DNA of 32,000 nucleotides from Aliivibrio fischeri ES114. Its GTDB lineage: Bacteria; Pseudomonadota; Gammaproteobacteria; Enterobacterales; Vibrionaceae. Under the pieces are notes generated by a model that searched no databases, was not told the DNA's origin, and saw only the letters and a program-made list of their open reading frames with translations. The translations under genes were made by a program, and so were the position numbers. Location: assembly GCF_000011805.1 (NCBI RefSeq), contig NC_006840.2; one strand, given 5' to 3'. Position 1 is the stretch's first letter. Every line of letters starts with the position of its first letter. This document shows, one piece after another, positions 9,325-17,229 of the stretch.

Positions 9325-10200
9325 ATGGACATTTTTTCTGAAATTTTACCATTACGCGAGCAGATCAAAGCTTGGAAACGCGAAGGTAAACGTATTGCTT
9401 TCGTTCCAACAATGGGAAATCTACACGAAGGTCATTTAACTCTAATTCGAACAGCTCGCGAGCATGCAGATATTGTAGTTGCTAGTATTTTTGTTAATCC
9501 AATGCAATTTAACAATGCTGATGACCTAACAAACTACCCAAGAACATTAGATGAAGATGTAGAAAAACTCACTGCTGAAAACGTTGATCTTGTATTCACA
9601 CCAACTCCTGAGATCATGTATCCAGAAGGGTTAGAGAAACAAACAACCGTTGACGTTCCTGTTATCTCTACTATTTTAGAAGGCGCTTCTCGTCCCGGTC
9701 ACTTTAAAGGTGTCTCGACGGTTGTTAATAAGCTATTCAATATTGTTCAACCTGATGTAGCTTGCTTTGGTGAAAAAGACTTCCAACAGCTTGCGCTTAT
9801 TCGTCAAATGGTTATCGATATGGCGTTAGATGTTGAAATCGTTGGCGTACCAACCGTTCGTGAGATGGATGGATTGGCAATGAGCTCACGCAATAACCTA
9901 TTAACACTTAATGAGCGTCAGCGTGCACCGGTTTTAGCTCGCACTATGCGTTGGATAAGCAGTCAAATGCGTGGCGGCCGTAATGATTACCTATCTCTAA
10001 TTGAAGATGCCAGTGATCAACTACGCGCAGCGGATCTGCAACCGGATGAGATCTTCATTCGTGATGCAAGAACGCTACAAGAGCCAACAGAAGAGACAAC
10101 TCAAGCCATTATTCTAATGGCAGCGTTCCTTGGCCAAGTTCGTTTAATTGATAACTTAGTTGTTGAATTAGCAGCGGCATCGAACGACGAAGAAGAGTAA
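9325..10200 (+). CDS. panC: Pantoate--beta-alanine ligase (pantothenate synthetase)
   Basis: 291-aa [16 protein letters not shown] (HIGH-type) motif, [14 protein letters not shown]. Directly downstream of panB. Confidence 0.95.
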   Translation: MDIFSEILPLREQIKAWKREGKRIAFVPTMGNLHEGHLTLIRTAREHADIVVASIFVNPMQFNNADDLTNYPRTLDEDVEKLTAENVDLVFTPTPEIMYPEGLEKQTTVDVPVISTILEGASRPGHFKGVSTVVNKLFNIVQPDVACFGEKDFQQLALIRQMVIDMALDVEIVGVPTVREMDGLAMSSRNNLLTLNERQRAPVLARTMRWISSQMRGGRNDYLSLIEDASDQLRAADLQPDEIFIRDARTLQEPTEETTQAIILMAAFLGQVRLIDNLVVELAAASNDEEE

Positions 10201-10217
10201 TCTTTTCTAAAAGAAAA

Positions 10218-10258
10218 ATAAAAGGGCTGAAGATAATCACTATCTTCAGCCCTTTTTT
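10218..10258. terminator. Bidirectional rho-independent terminator shared by convergent panC and yadH
   Basis: 15-bp perfect stem AAAGGGCTGAAGATA (10221-10235) / TATCTTCAGCCCTTT (10241-10255), flanked by an A-run upstream and a T-run downstream. Confidence 0.85.
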
Positions 10259-10283
10259 CATCTATGATTTACATATATGGTCT

Positions 10284-11054
10284 CTAACTTCTTAATCCAA
10301 TCCCCTTAGAAACCAAGTGCCAAGCAATACTATATAAAGCAATAATAAATACAGACAACACAGCAAATGCCGTACCGATCCCTACATCAGAGACACCTAA
10401 GAAACCGTAACGGAACGCATTTACCATATAAACTATCGGGTTTAACTTAGAAACCCCTTGCCAGAATTCAGGTAATAGACTTATCGAGTAAAAGACACCA
10501 CCTAAGTACGTTAATGGCGTTAATACAAACGTTGGAATAATACTAATATCATCGAATGTTCTAGCAAAAACAGCATTAATCAATCCACCCAATGAAAAGA
10601 CAATCGATGTCATTAATACCGTTAGCATGATCACACCAAGATGAGCAATTTGAATATCAACGAAAAATAGAGACACACAAGTAACTAACGCACCAACCAA
10701 CAAGCCTCGAACAACACCACCACCAACAAACCCAGCGATAATAATGTAGTTAGGTACAGGAGCAACAAGTAACTCTTCTATGTTCTTTTGAAACTTAGAA
10801 CTAAAGAAAGAAGAAGCTACGTTTGAATATGAGTTAGTAATAACTGACATCATAATCAAACCAGGAACAATATATTCCATATAACTAAAGCCACTCATTT
10901 CACCAATACGTGACCCGATTAAATTACCAAAAATAATAAAATAGAGCGTCATGGTTATTGCTGGTGGAACTAAGGTCTGAACCCAAATACGAACAAAACG
11001 GTTTATTTCTTTTGAGATAAGACTTTTAAATGCTGTCCAATATAAATTCATCAT
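10284..11054 (-). CDS. yadH: ABC-2 type transporter permease YadH
   Basis: 256-aa multi-TM ORF, near-collinear with E. coli YadH as I recall it (..RIWVQTLVPP.ITMTLYFIIFGNLIGSRIG.., ..TFVLTPLTYLGGVFYS..). Its start overlaps the yadG stop by 1 nt. Confidence 0.9.
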   Translation of the reverse strand: MMNLYWTAFKSLISKEINRFVRIWVQTLVPPAITMTLYFIIFGNLIGSRIGEMSGFSYMEYIVPGLIMMSVITNSYSNVASSFFSSKFQKNIEELLVAPVPNYIIIAGFVGGGVVRGLLVGALVTCVSLFFVDIQIAHLGVIMLTVLMTSIVFSLGGLINAVFARTFDDISIIPTFVLTPLTYLGGVFYSISLLPEFWQGVSKLNPIVYMVNAFRYGFLGVSDVGIGTAFAVLSVFIIALYSIAWHLVSKGIGLRS

Positions 11055-11971
11055 TATTTTGCTTCTCCTGAACGAACAATACTGACAAACAATTCTTCTA
11101 ATCGATTTGCTTTATTCCTCATAGAAAGCACATTAATACCTTGATGATTTAATTGCTCAAAAAGGTAATTAAGCCCCTGAGATTTATCAATTTCAACTTC
11201 GATAGAGCCATTTTTACAACTGGTTACTTTTGCACCTTCTAAAACAGGAACTGGACTATTTTCAGCAAGATCCAAAATAAAGGTTTCAACTTGAAGTTTA
11301 TTCAATAGTGACTTCATTGAGGTATTCTCTATTACCTCACCTTTATTAATAATTCCAATATTTCGACAAAGCATTTCAGCTTCTTCAAGATAGTGCGTAG
11401 TTAATATGATCGTCACACCTTGCTCATTAATTTGCTTTAAAAATTCCCACATAGAACGACGAAGCTCAATATCAACACCAGCTGTCGGTTCATCAAGAAT
11501 TAATAATTTAGGTTCATGCATTAAAGCACGAGCGATCATCAAGCGGCGTTTCATACCTCCAGATAAGTTACGCGCACGATCATTTCTTTTTTCCCATAGA
11601 TCCAACTGAGTTAAATATTTTTGAGCTCTCTCTTTTGCTAATGAGCGGGAGACACCATAATAACCAGCTTGTTGCATTACAATTTGCAACACGGTTTCAA
11701 ATGGATTGAAATTAAACTCTTGTGGTACTAAACCTATTTGCTGCTTTGCCTGTACTAACTGGGTATCAATGTCATAGCCAAATACTTGTACTTTGCCCGA
11801 TGTTTTGTTTACCAAAGAGCTAATCACACCTATTGTCGTCGACTTTCCTGCCCCATTAGGACCAAGTAAGGCATAAAAATCTCCTTTTTCAACGGTTAAG
11901 CTCACTCCTTTTAGAGCTTCAAAACCACCTGAATAGGTTTTTCTTAATTGTTCAATTTCTAATGCGTACAT
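11054..11971 (-). CDS. yadG: ABC transporter ATP-binding protein YadG
   Basis: 305-aa ORF. Walker A GPNGAGKST, signature LSGGMKRR, Walker B LLILDEPTAG, H-loop TTHYLEEAE. Confidence 0.92.
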   Translation of the reverse strand: MYALEIEQLRKTYSGGFEALKGVSLTVEKGDFYALLGPNGAGKSTTIGVISSLVNKTSGKVQVFGYDIDTQLVQAKQQIGLVPQEFNFNPFETVLQIVMQQAGYYGVSRSLAKERAQKYLTQLDLWEKRNDRARNLSGGMKRRLMIARALMHEPKLLILDEPTAGVDIELRRSMWEFLKQINEQGVTIILTTHYLEEAEMLCRNIGIINKGEVIENTSMKSLLNKLQVETFILDLAENSPVPVLEGAKVTSCKNGSIEVEIDKSQGLNYLFEQLNHQGINVLSMRNKANRLEELFVSIVRSGEAK

Positions 11972-12063
11972 TTGTTTACCTATTATCTGGAAGCAAATAT
12001 CTAATAATCAAACCAGATTATCGTTAAATTGCGATGAATGCAAATTGGTGTCGTTAATAGATA

Positions 12064-12097
12064 ATAAAAAACCGCAGAGTAATTCACTCTACGGTTT
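12064..12097 (-). terminator. Rho-independent terminator after the SulP transporter gene
   Basis: Minus-strand RNA AAACCGUAGAGUgaauuACUCUGCGGUUU followed by UUUUUUAUUAU (plus-strand A-run 12065-12070). Confidence 0.75.
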
Positions 12098-12123
12098 GAT
12101 TTATTTCTATAATAATTAATCAC

Positions 12124-13803
12124 TTAATCTTCACTAGGTGAAACATATTTAATTGCAGACTTAAGTGCCTCATAACGAAATTTATACGTATTCTCACTCG
12201 GAATTAAATCCGTAACATGAAACTTATCTAATTGCTCTTTCGTCTGCTCATTTGGACAAAGTAAATATACTTTACAGTTTGCATCTAGTGCATCGTTAAT
12301 CGCATTCTCTAACGCTAAACCAACGGTCACATCAATCATGGGAACATCGGTTAAATCAAGTATCATCACTTCATAATCAGAAATACTGCTATGCTGCCTT
12401 GATATTGCTTTAGATACACTGAATATCATTGGGCCTGATAAATAAAAGAAAAGCACCTTACCATTAGCTTTATCTAGTAGAGCTCTTTCACTGTCAGTTA
12501 AAGGAACATCATCTTCATCAGCATCACTGATCGCTTTTACTTGCCTTGCCTGTTCTCGGCTTAAACGCTCAATAATAATAATGTTAGAAATAAAAACACC
12601 AAGACCAACAGCGACAATTAAATCCACAAAAACAGTCAGCAACATCACACCATACATAATAGCCATGCCAGCAAAACTGACTTTATGTGCGCGTTGAATA
12701 AAACTCCAATCCAAGATATTAAAGCCGACATACACTGCAATTCCTGCTAGTACCGCCATCGGAATAGGTTCTGTCAATCCACCTGCAACCAATACGACTA
12801 AAGCAAGTACTGCCGCCCTAAACACACCAGATAACGGTGAGCGAGCGCCAACTTGAATATTGGTTACCGTTCCCATAGTGGCACCTGCACCAGGTAAAGC
12901 ACCAAATAAACCAGAGATCATATTTGCTAAACCTTGACCTCGTAGCTCTTTATCTGAATCGTGCTCCTTACGTGTTAAGGAGTCACCAATCACGGCAGTC
13001 AATAAGGTATCTATACAACCTAATGTACCAAGAACCAAAGCGTCAATAACCATAGTGGTGAACATTTCAAAATTAATGGTTGGAATAACAAGCGAAGGTA
13101 GACCAGCAGGTATCTCACCAATTCGGCGAATAGATTCCATATCAAAAAAAAGAACAGAGAGCAGAGTCACCGCAACAAGGGCCACTAATTGAGCTGGCAC
13201 GTATTTTCGATATTTATCAGGAAATAAAAATAACACCCCAAGAGTTAACCCGCCAAGGAACAACTCTTTAATATCTAAATTAGACAAAGTATCAGGTAAA
13301 GCAGATAAGGTTCCAATGACGCCTCCCGGTGGAGCCGCATGACCTAATAAAGGAGAGAGTTGAAGAATAATAAGAATGACACCAATACCAGACATAAAAC
13401 CTGAAATTACACTATAAGGCATTAATGTTATGTATTTACCAAGCTTTAATGTACCGAGTAAAATTTGGAACGCACCGGCCATCATTACAACAGTAAACGT
13501 CATTGCCATACCCGTTTCAGGATATTTCGCTACCATGCTAGTTAAAACAGCAGTCATGATAACGGTCATGGGACCTGTTGGCTCAGAGATTAACGTTGAA
13601 GAGCCTCCAAATAATGAAGCAAAAAGCCCCACCATTATCGCCCCCCAAAGACCGGCCTCAGCTCCAGCACCAGATGCCACACCAAACGCCAGTGCGAGAG
13701 GAAGCGATATTATGGCCGTGGTAACCCCACCAAAGAGGTCCCCTTTTAAATTAATATTGTCAAACCGTTGACCAAACACCGTTAGCTCCTTGTTTATAAA
13801 CAC
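12124..13803 (-). CDS. SulP-family anion transporter with C-terminal STAS domain, BicA-like (putative Na+-dependent bicarbonate transporter)
   Basis: 559-aa ORF starting at GTG 13803 (GAGG 5 nt upstream). The N-terminus ..LKGDLFGGVTTAIISLPLALAFGVASGAGAEAGLWGAI.., then LISEPTGPMTV, MPYSVISGFMSGIG, RRIGEIPAGLP, SLTRKEHDSDKEL.GQG and TMGTVTNIQ blocks match my recollection of cyanobacterial BicA nearly block for block. The C-terminal ~110 aa (..KVLFFYLSGPMIFSVSK..) is STAS-like. Confidence 0.85.
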   Translation of the reverse strand: MFINKELTVFGQRFDNINLKGDLFGGVTTAIISLPLALAFGVASGAGAEAGLWGAIMVGLFASLFGGSSTLISEPTGPMTVIMTAVLTSMVAKYPETGMAMTFTVVMMAGAFQILLGTLKLGKYITLMPYSVISGFMSGIGVILIILQLSPLLGHAAPPGGVIGTLSALPDTLSNLDIKELFLGGLTLGVLFLFPDKYRKYVPAQLVALVAVTLLSVLFFDMESIRRIGEIPAGLPSLVIPTINFEMFTTMVIDALVLGTLGCIDTLLTAVIGDSLTRKEHDSDKELRGQGLANMISGLFGALPGAGATMGTVTNIQVGARSPLSGVFRAAVLALVVLVAGGLTEPIPMAVLAGIAVYVGFNILDWSFIQRAHKVSFAGMAIMYGVMLLTVFVDLIVAVGLGVFISNIIIIERLSREQARQVKAISDADEDDVPLTDSERALLDKANGKVLFFYLSGPMIFSVSKAISRQHSSISDYEVMILDLTDVPMIDVTVGLALENAINDALDANCKVYLLCPNEQTKEQLDKFHVTDLIPSENTYKFRYEALKSAIKYVSPSED

Positions 13804-14071
13804 GTTAACCTCATTAATTTAACAAATGTTATTCATCTCTCATAATAGTTAATTAGAACTAATCACTACTACTTATGTTCTAACTATAAATAAAGACTAA
13901 AAAGCCATTTTTAAAAGCATGAACTCGTCAGATGAGTACTTTTAAAAGCATTTTTTAGCAGATTGAAATTGTAACATTGTGTATAGTAAATAAACCTGTT
14001 GAGGTTTTTAACAGAAAGAAGTTTAGGTAATACCCTTCCTTCTTATGTATTTAAGGGATGAAAAATTTAAA

Positions 14072-14728
14072 ATGCCAGAAATTAAAGAACTTTTTGAGAA
14101 TAATTCTAAATGGGCTAAATCAATAAAAGCAGAACGCCCTGAATATTTTGCAAAATTAGAAGAAGGTCAACACCCAGGTTTTTTATGGATAGGTTGCTCA
14201 GATAGTCGAGTACCAGCAGAACGCCTAACTGGGTTATATTCCGGCGAACTATTTGTGCATCGAAATGTAGCAAACCAAGTTATTCATACAGATTTAAACT
14301 GCTTATCCGTTCTTCAATATGCTGTCGATGTTTTGAAAATCAGACACATTATTGTTTGTGGCCATTATGGCTGTGGTGGTGTAAATGCAGCTATCGATAA
14401 TCCTCCTTTAGGCTTAATCAATAACTGGCTACTGCACATTAGAGATTTATTCCTAAAACACAGAACTGTATTTGGTAAATTACCTCGTGAAGAATGGGGT
14501 GATAAATTATGTGAAATTAACGTCGCAGAGCAAGTATATAACGTAGGTAACTCAACCATTATGCAAAACGCATGGGAACGTGGACAAGACGTTCAAATTC
14601 ATGGTGTTGTGTATGGCATGGGGGATGGCGTTTTAAATGATCTTGGCGTAAAAGGTCATAGTCGTGAATCATTAGAAATATCATATCAAGCAGCAATGTC
14701 TAATATTACTAATGTTGGTGATGAATGA
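14072..14728 (+). CDS. can: Beta-class carbonic anhydrase (Can/YadF type)
   Basis: Translation from ATG 14072 ([17 protein letters not shown]..) is collinear with E. coli Can. Zn ligand motifs CSDSRVPAE and GHYGCGG, plus [11 protein letters not shown]. The track ORF start at 14045 adds 9 non-conserved residues. Confidence 0.94.
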   Translation: MPEIKELFENNSKWAKSIKAERPEYFAKLEEGQHPGFLWIGCSDSRVPAERLTGLYSGELFVHRNVANQVIHTDLNCLSVLQYAVDVLKIRHIIVCGHYGCGGVNAAIDNPPLGLINNWLLHIRDLFLKHRTVFGKLPREEWGDKLCEINVAEQVYNVGNSTIMQNAWERGQDVQIHGVVYGMGDGVLNDLGVKGHSRESLEISYQAAMSNITNVGDE

Positions 14729-14730
14729 TA

Positions 14731-14757
14731 AAAGGGAAATAATATCGTTCCCTTTTA
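14731..14757 (+). terminator. Terminator hairpin after can
   Basis: Stem AAAGGGAA (14731-14738) / TTCCCTTT (14748-14755), 9-nt loop, short T tract. Confidence 0.6.
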
Positions 14758-14807
14758 TCATAATAAATATATACACTGCATTATAACAAACACAGATAAT
14801 ATAAGTT

Positions 14808-14842
14808 GCCAGAGAAAGCATTCACCATTTACTTTCTCTGGC
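14808..14842. terminator. Hairpin between convergent can and the DUF1127 gene (probably a terminator for one or both)
   Basis: 11-bp perfect stem GCCAGAGAAAG (14808-14818) / CTTTCTCTGGC (14832-14842), 7 nt downstream of the minus-strand stop at 14849. A T-rich tract follows on the plus strand. Confidence 0.6.
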
Positions 14843-14848
14843 TATTTA

Positions 14849-15100
14849 TTACGTCGCTATTCTCAAGCGTATGAGTCGACGAAGATGACGTACTTTGCGC
14901 TCGGCTTTAAATACAGGCTGTTCAAGATCGCTGATAGTTCGACCATCAAGATGCAAACCTATATCTTTTAGTAAATATTCATTTCCCCATGGAATTTCAT
15001 ATTGCACTTTACGTACGGCACGTTTCCACTCTCGCTCTTCACGAGCTAAATCAGCTTTAATAAATAAAGTCGCTAAACGTAGGTATATTGAATGACGCAT
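14849..15100 (-). CDS. Small basic protein with a YjiS-like DUF1127 core and an Arg-rich C-terminal tail
   Basis: 83-aa ORF with GGAG 7 nt upstream of the ATG. The central EYLLKDIGLHLDGR matches the DUF1127/YjiS hallmark (..L.D..LKDIGL.R.D..) as I recall it. C-terminus RKVRHLRRLIRLRIAT. The family call rests on one short motif. Confidence 0.6.
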   Translation of the reverse strand: MRHSIYLRLATLFIKADLAREEREWKRAVRKVQYEIPWGNEYLLKDIGLHLDGRTISDLEQPVFKAERKVRHLRRLIRLRIAT

Positions 15101-15152
15101 AATATTTCTCCAAATATTGATATGTGAGAGATATTGCGACTAATGCTAGAGG

Positions 15153-15205
15153 AATATACAAAAGAACCCTTCAGATAGCCGCAATATTCGCAGCCATAGA
15201 AGGTT
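15153..15205 (-). terminator. Intrinsic-terminator or attenuator-like hairpin between the micro-ORF and the DUF1127 gene
   Basis: Minus-strand RNA AACCUUCuAUGGCUGCgaauauuGCGGCUAUcuGAAgGGUU forms about 15 bp (two G.U pairs, one bulge, a 1x2 internal loop), followed by CUUUUGUAUAUU. The 5' arm begins 9 nt after the micro-ORF stop codon. Confidence 0.5.
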
Positions 15206-15214
15206 ACGAATTAA

Positions 15215-15292
15215 TTAATCGTTTCGAACGCTTGCAAATACAGGCGAGGTATTGGTGGTACAACATTGTTTGTACATATGAATAACCATCAT
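15215..15292 (-). CDS. Candidate 25-codon micro-ORF (MMVIHMYKQCCTTNTSPVFASVRND), either a leader peptide or a small protein
   Basis: Too short for the ORF track; found by reading the minus strand. A consensus SD AGGAGGT ends 5 nt before ATGATG, and the stop is TAA at 15217-15215. I recognise no homologue. Confidence 0.3.
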   Translation of the reverse strand: MMVIHMYKQCCTTNTSPVFASVRND

Positions 15293-15358
15293 GTTGACCT
15301 CCTAAAACGTAAAATTAATTCTTTAAATAGATAAGATGTAAATTTTATTTACGGTTAA

Positions 15359-15386
15359 ATTGTAACCGCCAACGATTATTTATCAA
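15359..15386 (-). promoter_or_regulatory. Candidate sigma70 promoter for the micro-ORF/DUF1127 unit (-35 TTGATA, 16-nt spacer, -10 TACAAT)
   Basis: Minus-strand reading ttgataAATAATCGTTGGCGGTtacaat. An 18-bp near-perfect palindrome TTTTGAAAcaTTTCAAAA (15393-15410) lies immediately upstream. Confidence 0.3.
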
Positions 15387-15523
15387 CCACAATTTTGAAA
15401 CATTTCAAAAACAAAATAAACACATTGAAATACTTTATTTGCTTAAGGTTCATTCTAATATTGGAATAAAAAAATGTTTCTAACCGAAGTTTTCGCTATA
15501 TGAAATAGCTAACAGTTATATCA

Positions 15524-15558
15524 ATAAAAAAGCCAAAGAACATAAAGGATCTTTGGCT
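15524..15558 (-). terminator. Rho-independent terminator downstream of hpt
   Basis: Minus-strand stem AGCCAAAGA / TCTTTGGCT (15531-15539 / 15550-15558) followed by UUUUUU (plus-strand A-run 15525-15530). A second hairpin GAGAACGG/CCGTTCTC (15599-15628) abuts the hpt stop. Confidence 0.75.
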
Positions 15559-15631
15559 TTATTCTTCTACTTAATAGCATGATTAAGCGTTAAGATTAGA
15601 GAACGGTTATGCGTGAACACCCGTTCTCAAA

Positions 15632-16162
15632 TTATTCTTGCGGTACAACTTTTCCGATATACGATAAGTTACGGTACTTCTGAGCATAATCAATACCCAC
15701 ACCAACAACAAATTCGTCAGGAATTGAAAAACCAATCCAATCCACATTTACTTCAACTTCACGACGAGAAGGTTTATCAAGTAATGTACAAATCGTAATT
15801 GAGTTTGGTTCACGAATAGATAAAATCTCGCAAACTTTACTTAGCGTATTACCAGTATCAATAATATCTTCTACTAGAAGAACATCCTTACCTTTGATGT
15901 CATCATCTAAATCTTTTAAGATTCGTACATCACGAGTACTTTCCATACTGTTGCCGTAACTTGATGCTGTCATAAAGTCTACAGTCATTGGCACATCAAT
16001 AGCTCGCGCTAAATCAGCCATGAATACGAATGAACCTCGTAATAAGCCAACCATTACTAATCCTTCAGAATCTTTATAGTGTTCTGAAATTTGTTGACCT
16101 AGTTCTTTTACACGTTGGTTGACCTCTTGCTCAGAGATCATTACCTCTACTGTATGTTTCAT
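15632..16162 (-). CDS. hpt: Hypoxanthine phosphoribosyltransferase
   Basis: 176-aa ORF. PRPP-binding motif [14 protein letters not shown], with SYG..S and [18 protein letters not shown] blocks typical of Hpt. Confidence 0.95.
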   Translation of the reverse strand: MKHTVEVMISEQEVNQRVKELGQQISEHYKDSEGLVMVGLLRGSFVFMADLARAIDVPMTVDFMTASSYGNSMESTRDVRILKDLDDDIKGKDVLLVEDIIDTGNTLSKVCEILSIREPNSITICTLLDKPSRREVEVNVDWIGFSIPDEFVVGVGIDYAQKYRNLSYIGKVVPQE

Positions 16163-16470
16163 ACTATCTCACTTATTCGTTGAACCTACTAAGAGTAGGA
16201 TTAGACCTGCACAGTTTACAGCAAAATAGAAAATGAAACGTGAGTAATTATAAAAGTTTTTCTGAACTGAGATTAAGGAAGAGCTGTTAACGGATTTATA
16301 GTGACATAAAAAGATCATCAACACTTGGCAATAACTACATTCAAAATGTAAACTTCACTTTCTATTTATTGCGTAAATATATGCAATACTGAAAAAAATT
16401 CTTTAAGTTCGTCATAAATTTCATTGATCAGCTGAATAACTGTTGAATATATAAGCAGCCTTATGTAAAG

Positions 16471-16492
16471 TTATTGAGAATAATAATAATAA
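16471..16492. promoter_or_regulatory. Possible LitR/HapR-type autoregulatory operator (weak dyad TTATTGAgaat/aataaTAATAA)
   Basis: The left half matches the TTATTGA half-site of the LuxR/HapR consensus (TTATTGATAAA-TTTATCAATAA, from memory). The right half is degenerate. It lies 45-66 nt upstream of the litR ATG. Confidence 0.2.
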
Positions 16493-16536
16493 AACCCTAT
16501 ATAAAATAATAATTTGTTGGCAAGGATATAAATATA

Positions 16537-17142
16537 ATGGATACAATCCAAAAAAGGCCTAGAACAAGGCTATCTCCAGAAAAGCGCAAAGAACAATTAC
16601 TTGATATCGCAATTGAAGTGTTTTCACAACGTGGCATTGGTCGCGGTGGTCATGCTGATATTGCAGAAATCGCTCAGGTCTCTGTCGCTACCGTGTTTAA
16701 TTACTTCCCAACAAGAGAAGATCTTGTTGATGATGTATTAAATAAAGTCGAAAACGAATTTCACCAATTCATCAATAACTCAATTTCTCTTGATCTTGAT
16801 GTTCGTTCTAACCTTAATACTCTTCTTCTGAATATCATTGACAGTGTTCAAACTGGTAATAAGTGGATCAAAGTATGGTTTGAATGGAGTACCTCTACTC
16901 GTGATGAAGTATGGCCTCTTTTCTTAAGTACTCACTCAAATACAAATCAAGTTATCAAAACTATGTTTGAAGAAGGTATTGAACGTAACGAAGTATGTAA
17001 CGATCATACCCCTGAAAACCTAACAAAAATGCTTCATGGTATTTGTTACTCTGTTTTCATTCAGGCTAACCGTAATAGTTCATCTGAAGAAATGGAAGAA
17101 ACGGCAAATTGTTTCTTAAATATGTTGTGTATTTATAAATAA
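16537..17142 (+). CDS. litR: TetR-family quorum-sensing master regulator (LitR/HapR/LuxR-Vh family)
   Basis: 201-aa ORF. N-terminus KRPRTRLSPEKRKEQLLDIAIEVFSQRGIGRGGHADIAEIAQVSVATVFNYFPTREDLVDDVL and WFEWSTSTRDEVWPLF are near-identical to the V. harveyi LuxR/V. cholerae HapR blocks I recall. The hpt-(regulator)-lpd position is conserved in Vibrionaceae. Confidence 0.9.
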   Translation: MDTIQKRPRTRLSPEKRKEQLLDIAIEVFSQRGIGRGGHADIAEIAQVSVATVFNYFPTREDLVDDVLNKVENEFHQFINNSISLDLDVRSNLNTLLLNIIDSVQTGNKWIKVWFEWSTSTRDEVWPLFLSTHSNTNQVIKTMFEEGIERNEVCNDHTPENLTKMLHGICYSVFIQANRNSSSEEMEETANCFLNMLCIYK

Positions 17143-17170
17143 TTTCAGGATTCATGAAATGATAATAATA

Positions 17171-17199
17171 AAAAACCGCTGATTTCTCAGCGGTTTTTT
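17171..17199. terminator. Bidirectional rho-independent terminator between convergent litR and lpdA
   Basis: AAAAACCGCTGAtttcTCAGCGGTTTTTT: a 7-bp GC-rich stem extended by A/T pairs, with an A-run and a T-run on either side. Confidence 0.85.
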
Positions 17200-17229
17200 A
17201 TATCTTAACAAATGCGTTGTTAATCAGAA

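Noticed and set aside
14045-14071. An upstream ATG start for can, adding MYLRDEKFK.
   Set aside because: It has no SD, and alignment with E. coli Can begins at the MPEIKELF.. methionine (14072).
15599-15628. Hairpin GAGAACGG/CCGTTCTC abutting the hpt stop codon, considered as a separate ncRNA or regulatory element.
   Set aside because: It has an 8-bp stem, a 14-nt loop and no U tract. It is most simply part of the hpt 3' UTR, ahead of the canonical terminator at 15524-15558. There is no independent promoter signal.
16478-16492. An (AAT)n microsatellite upstream of litR as a possible phase-variation tract.
   Set aside because: It has only about 4-5 units, lies in generally AT-rich promoter DNA and is not within coding sequence. 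That is too short to argue for slipped-strand switching.
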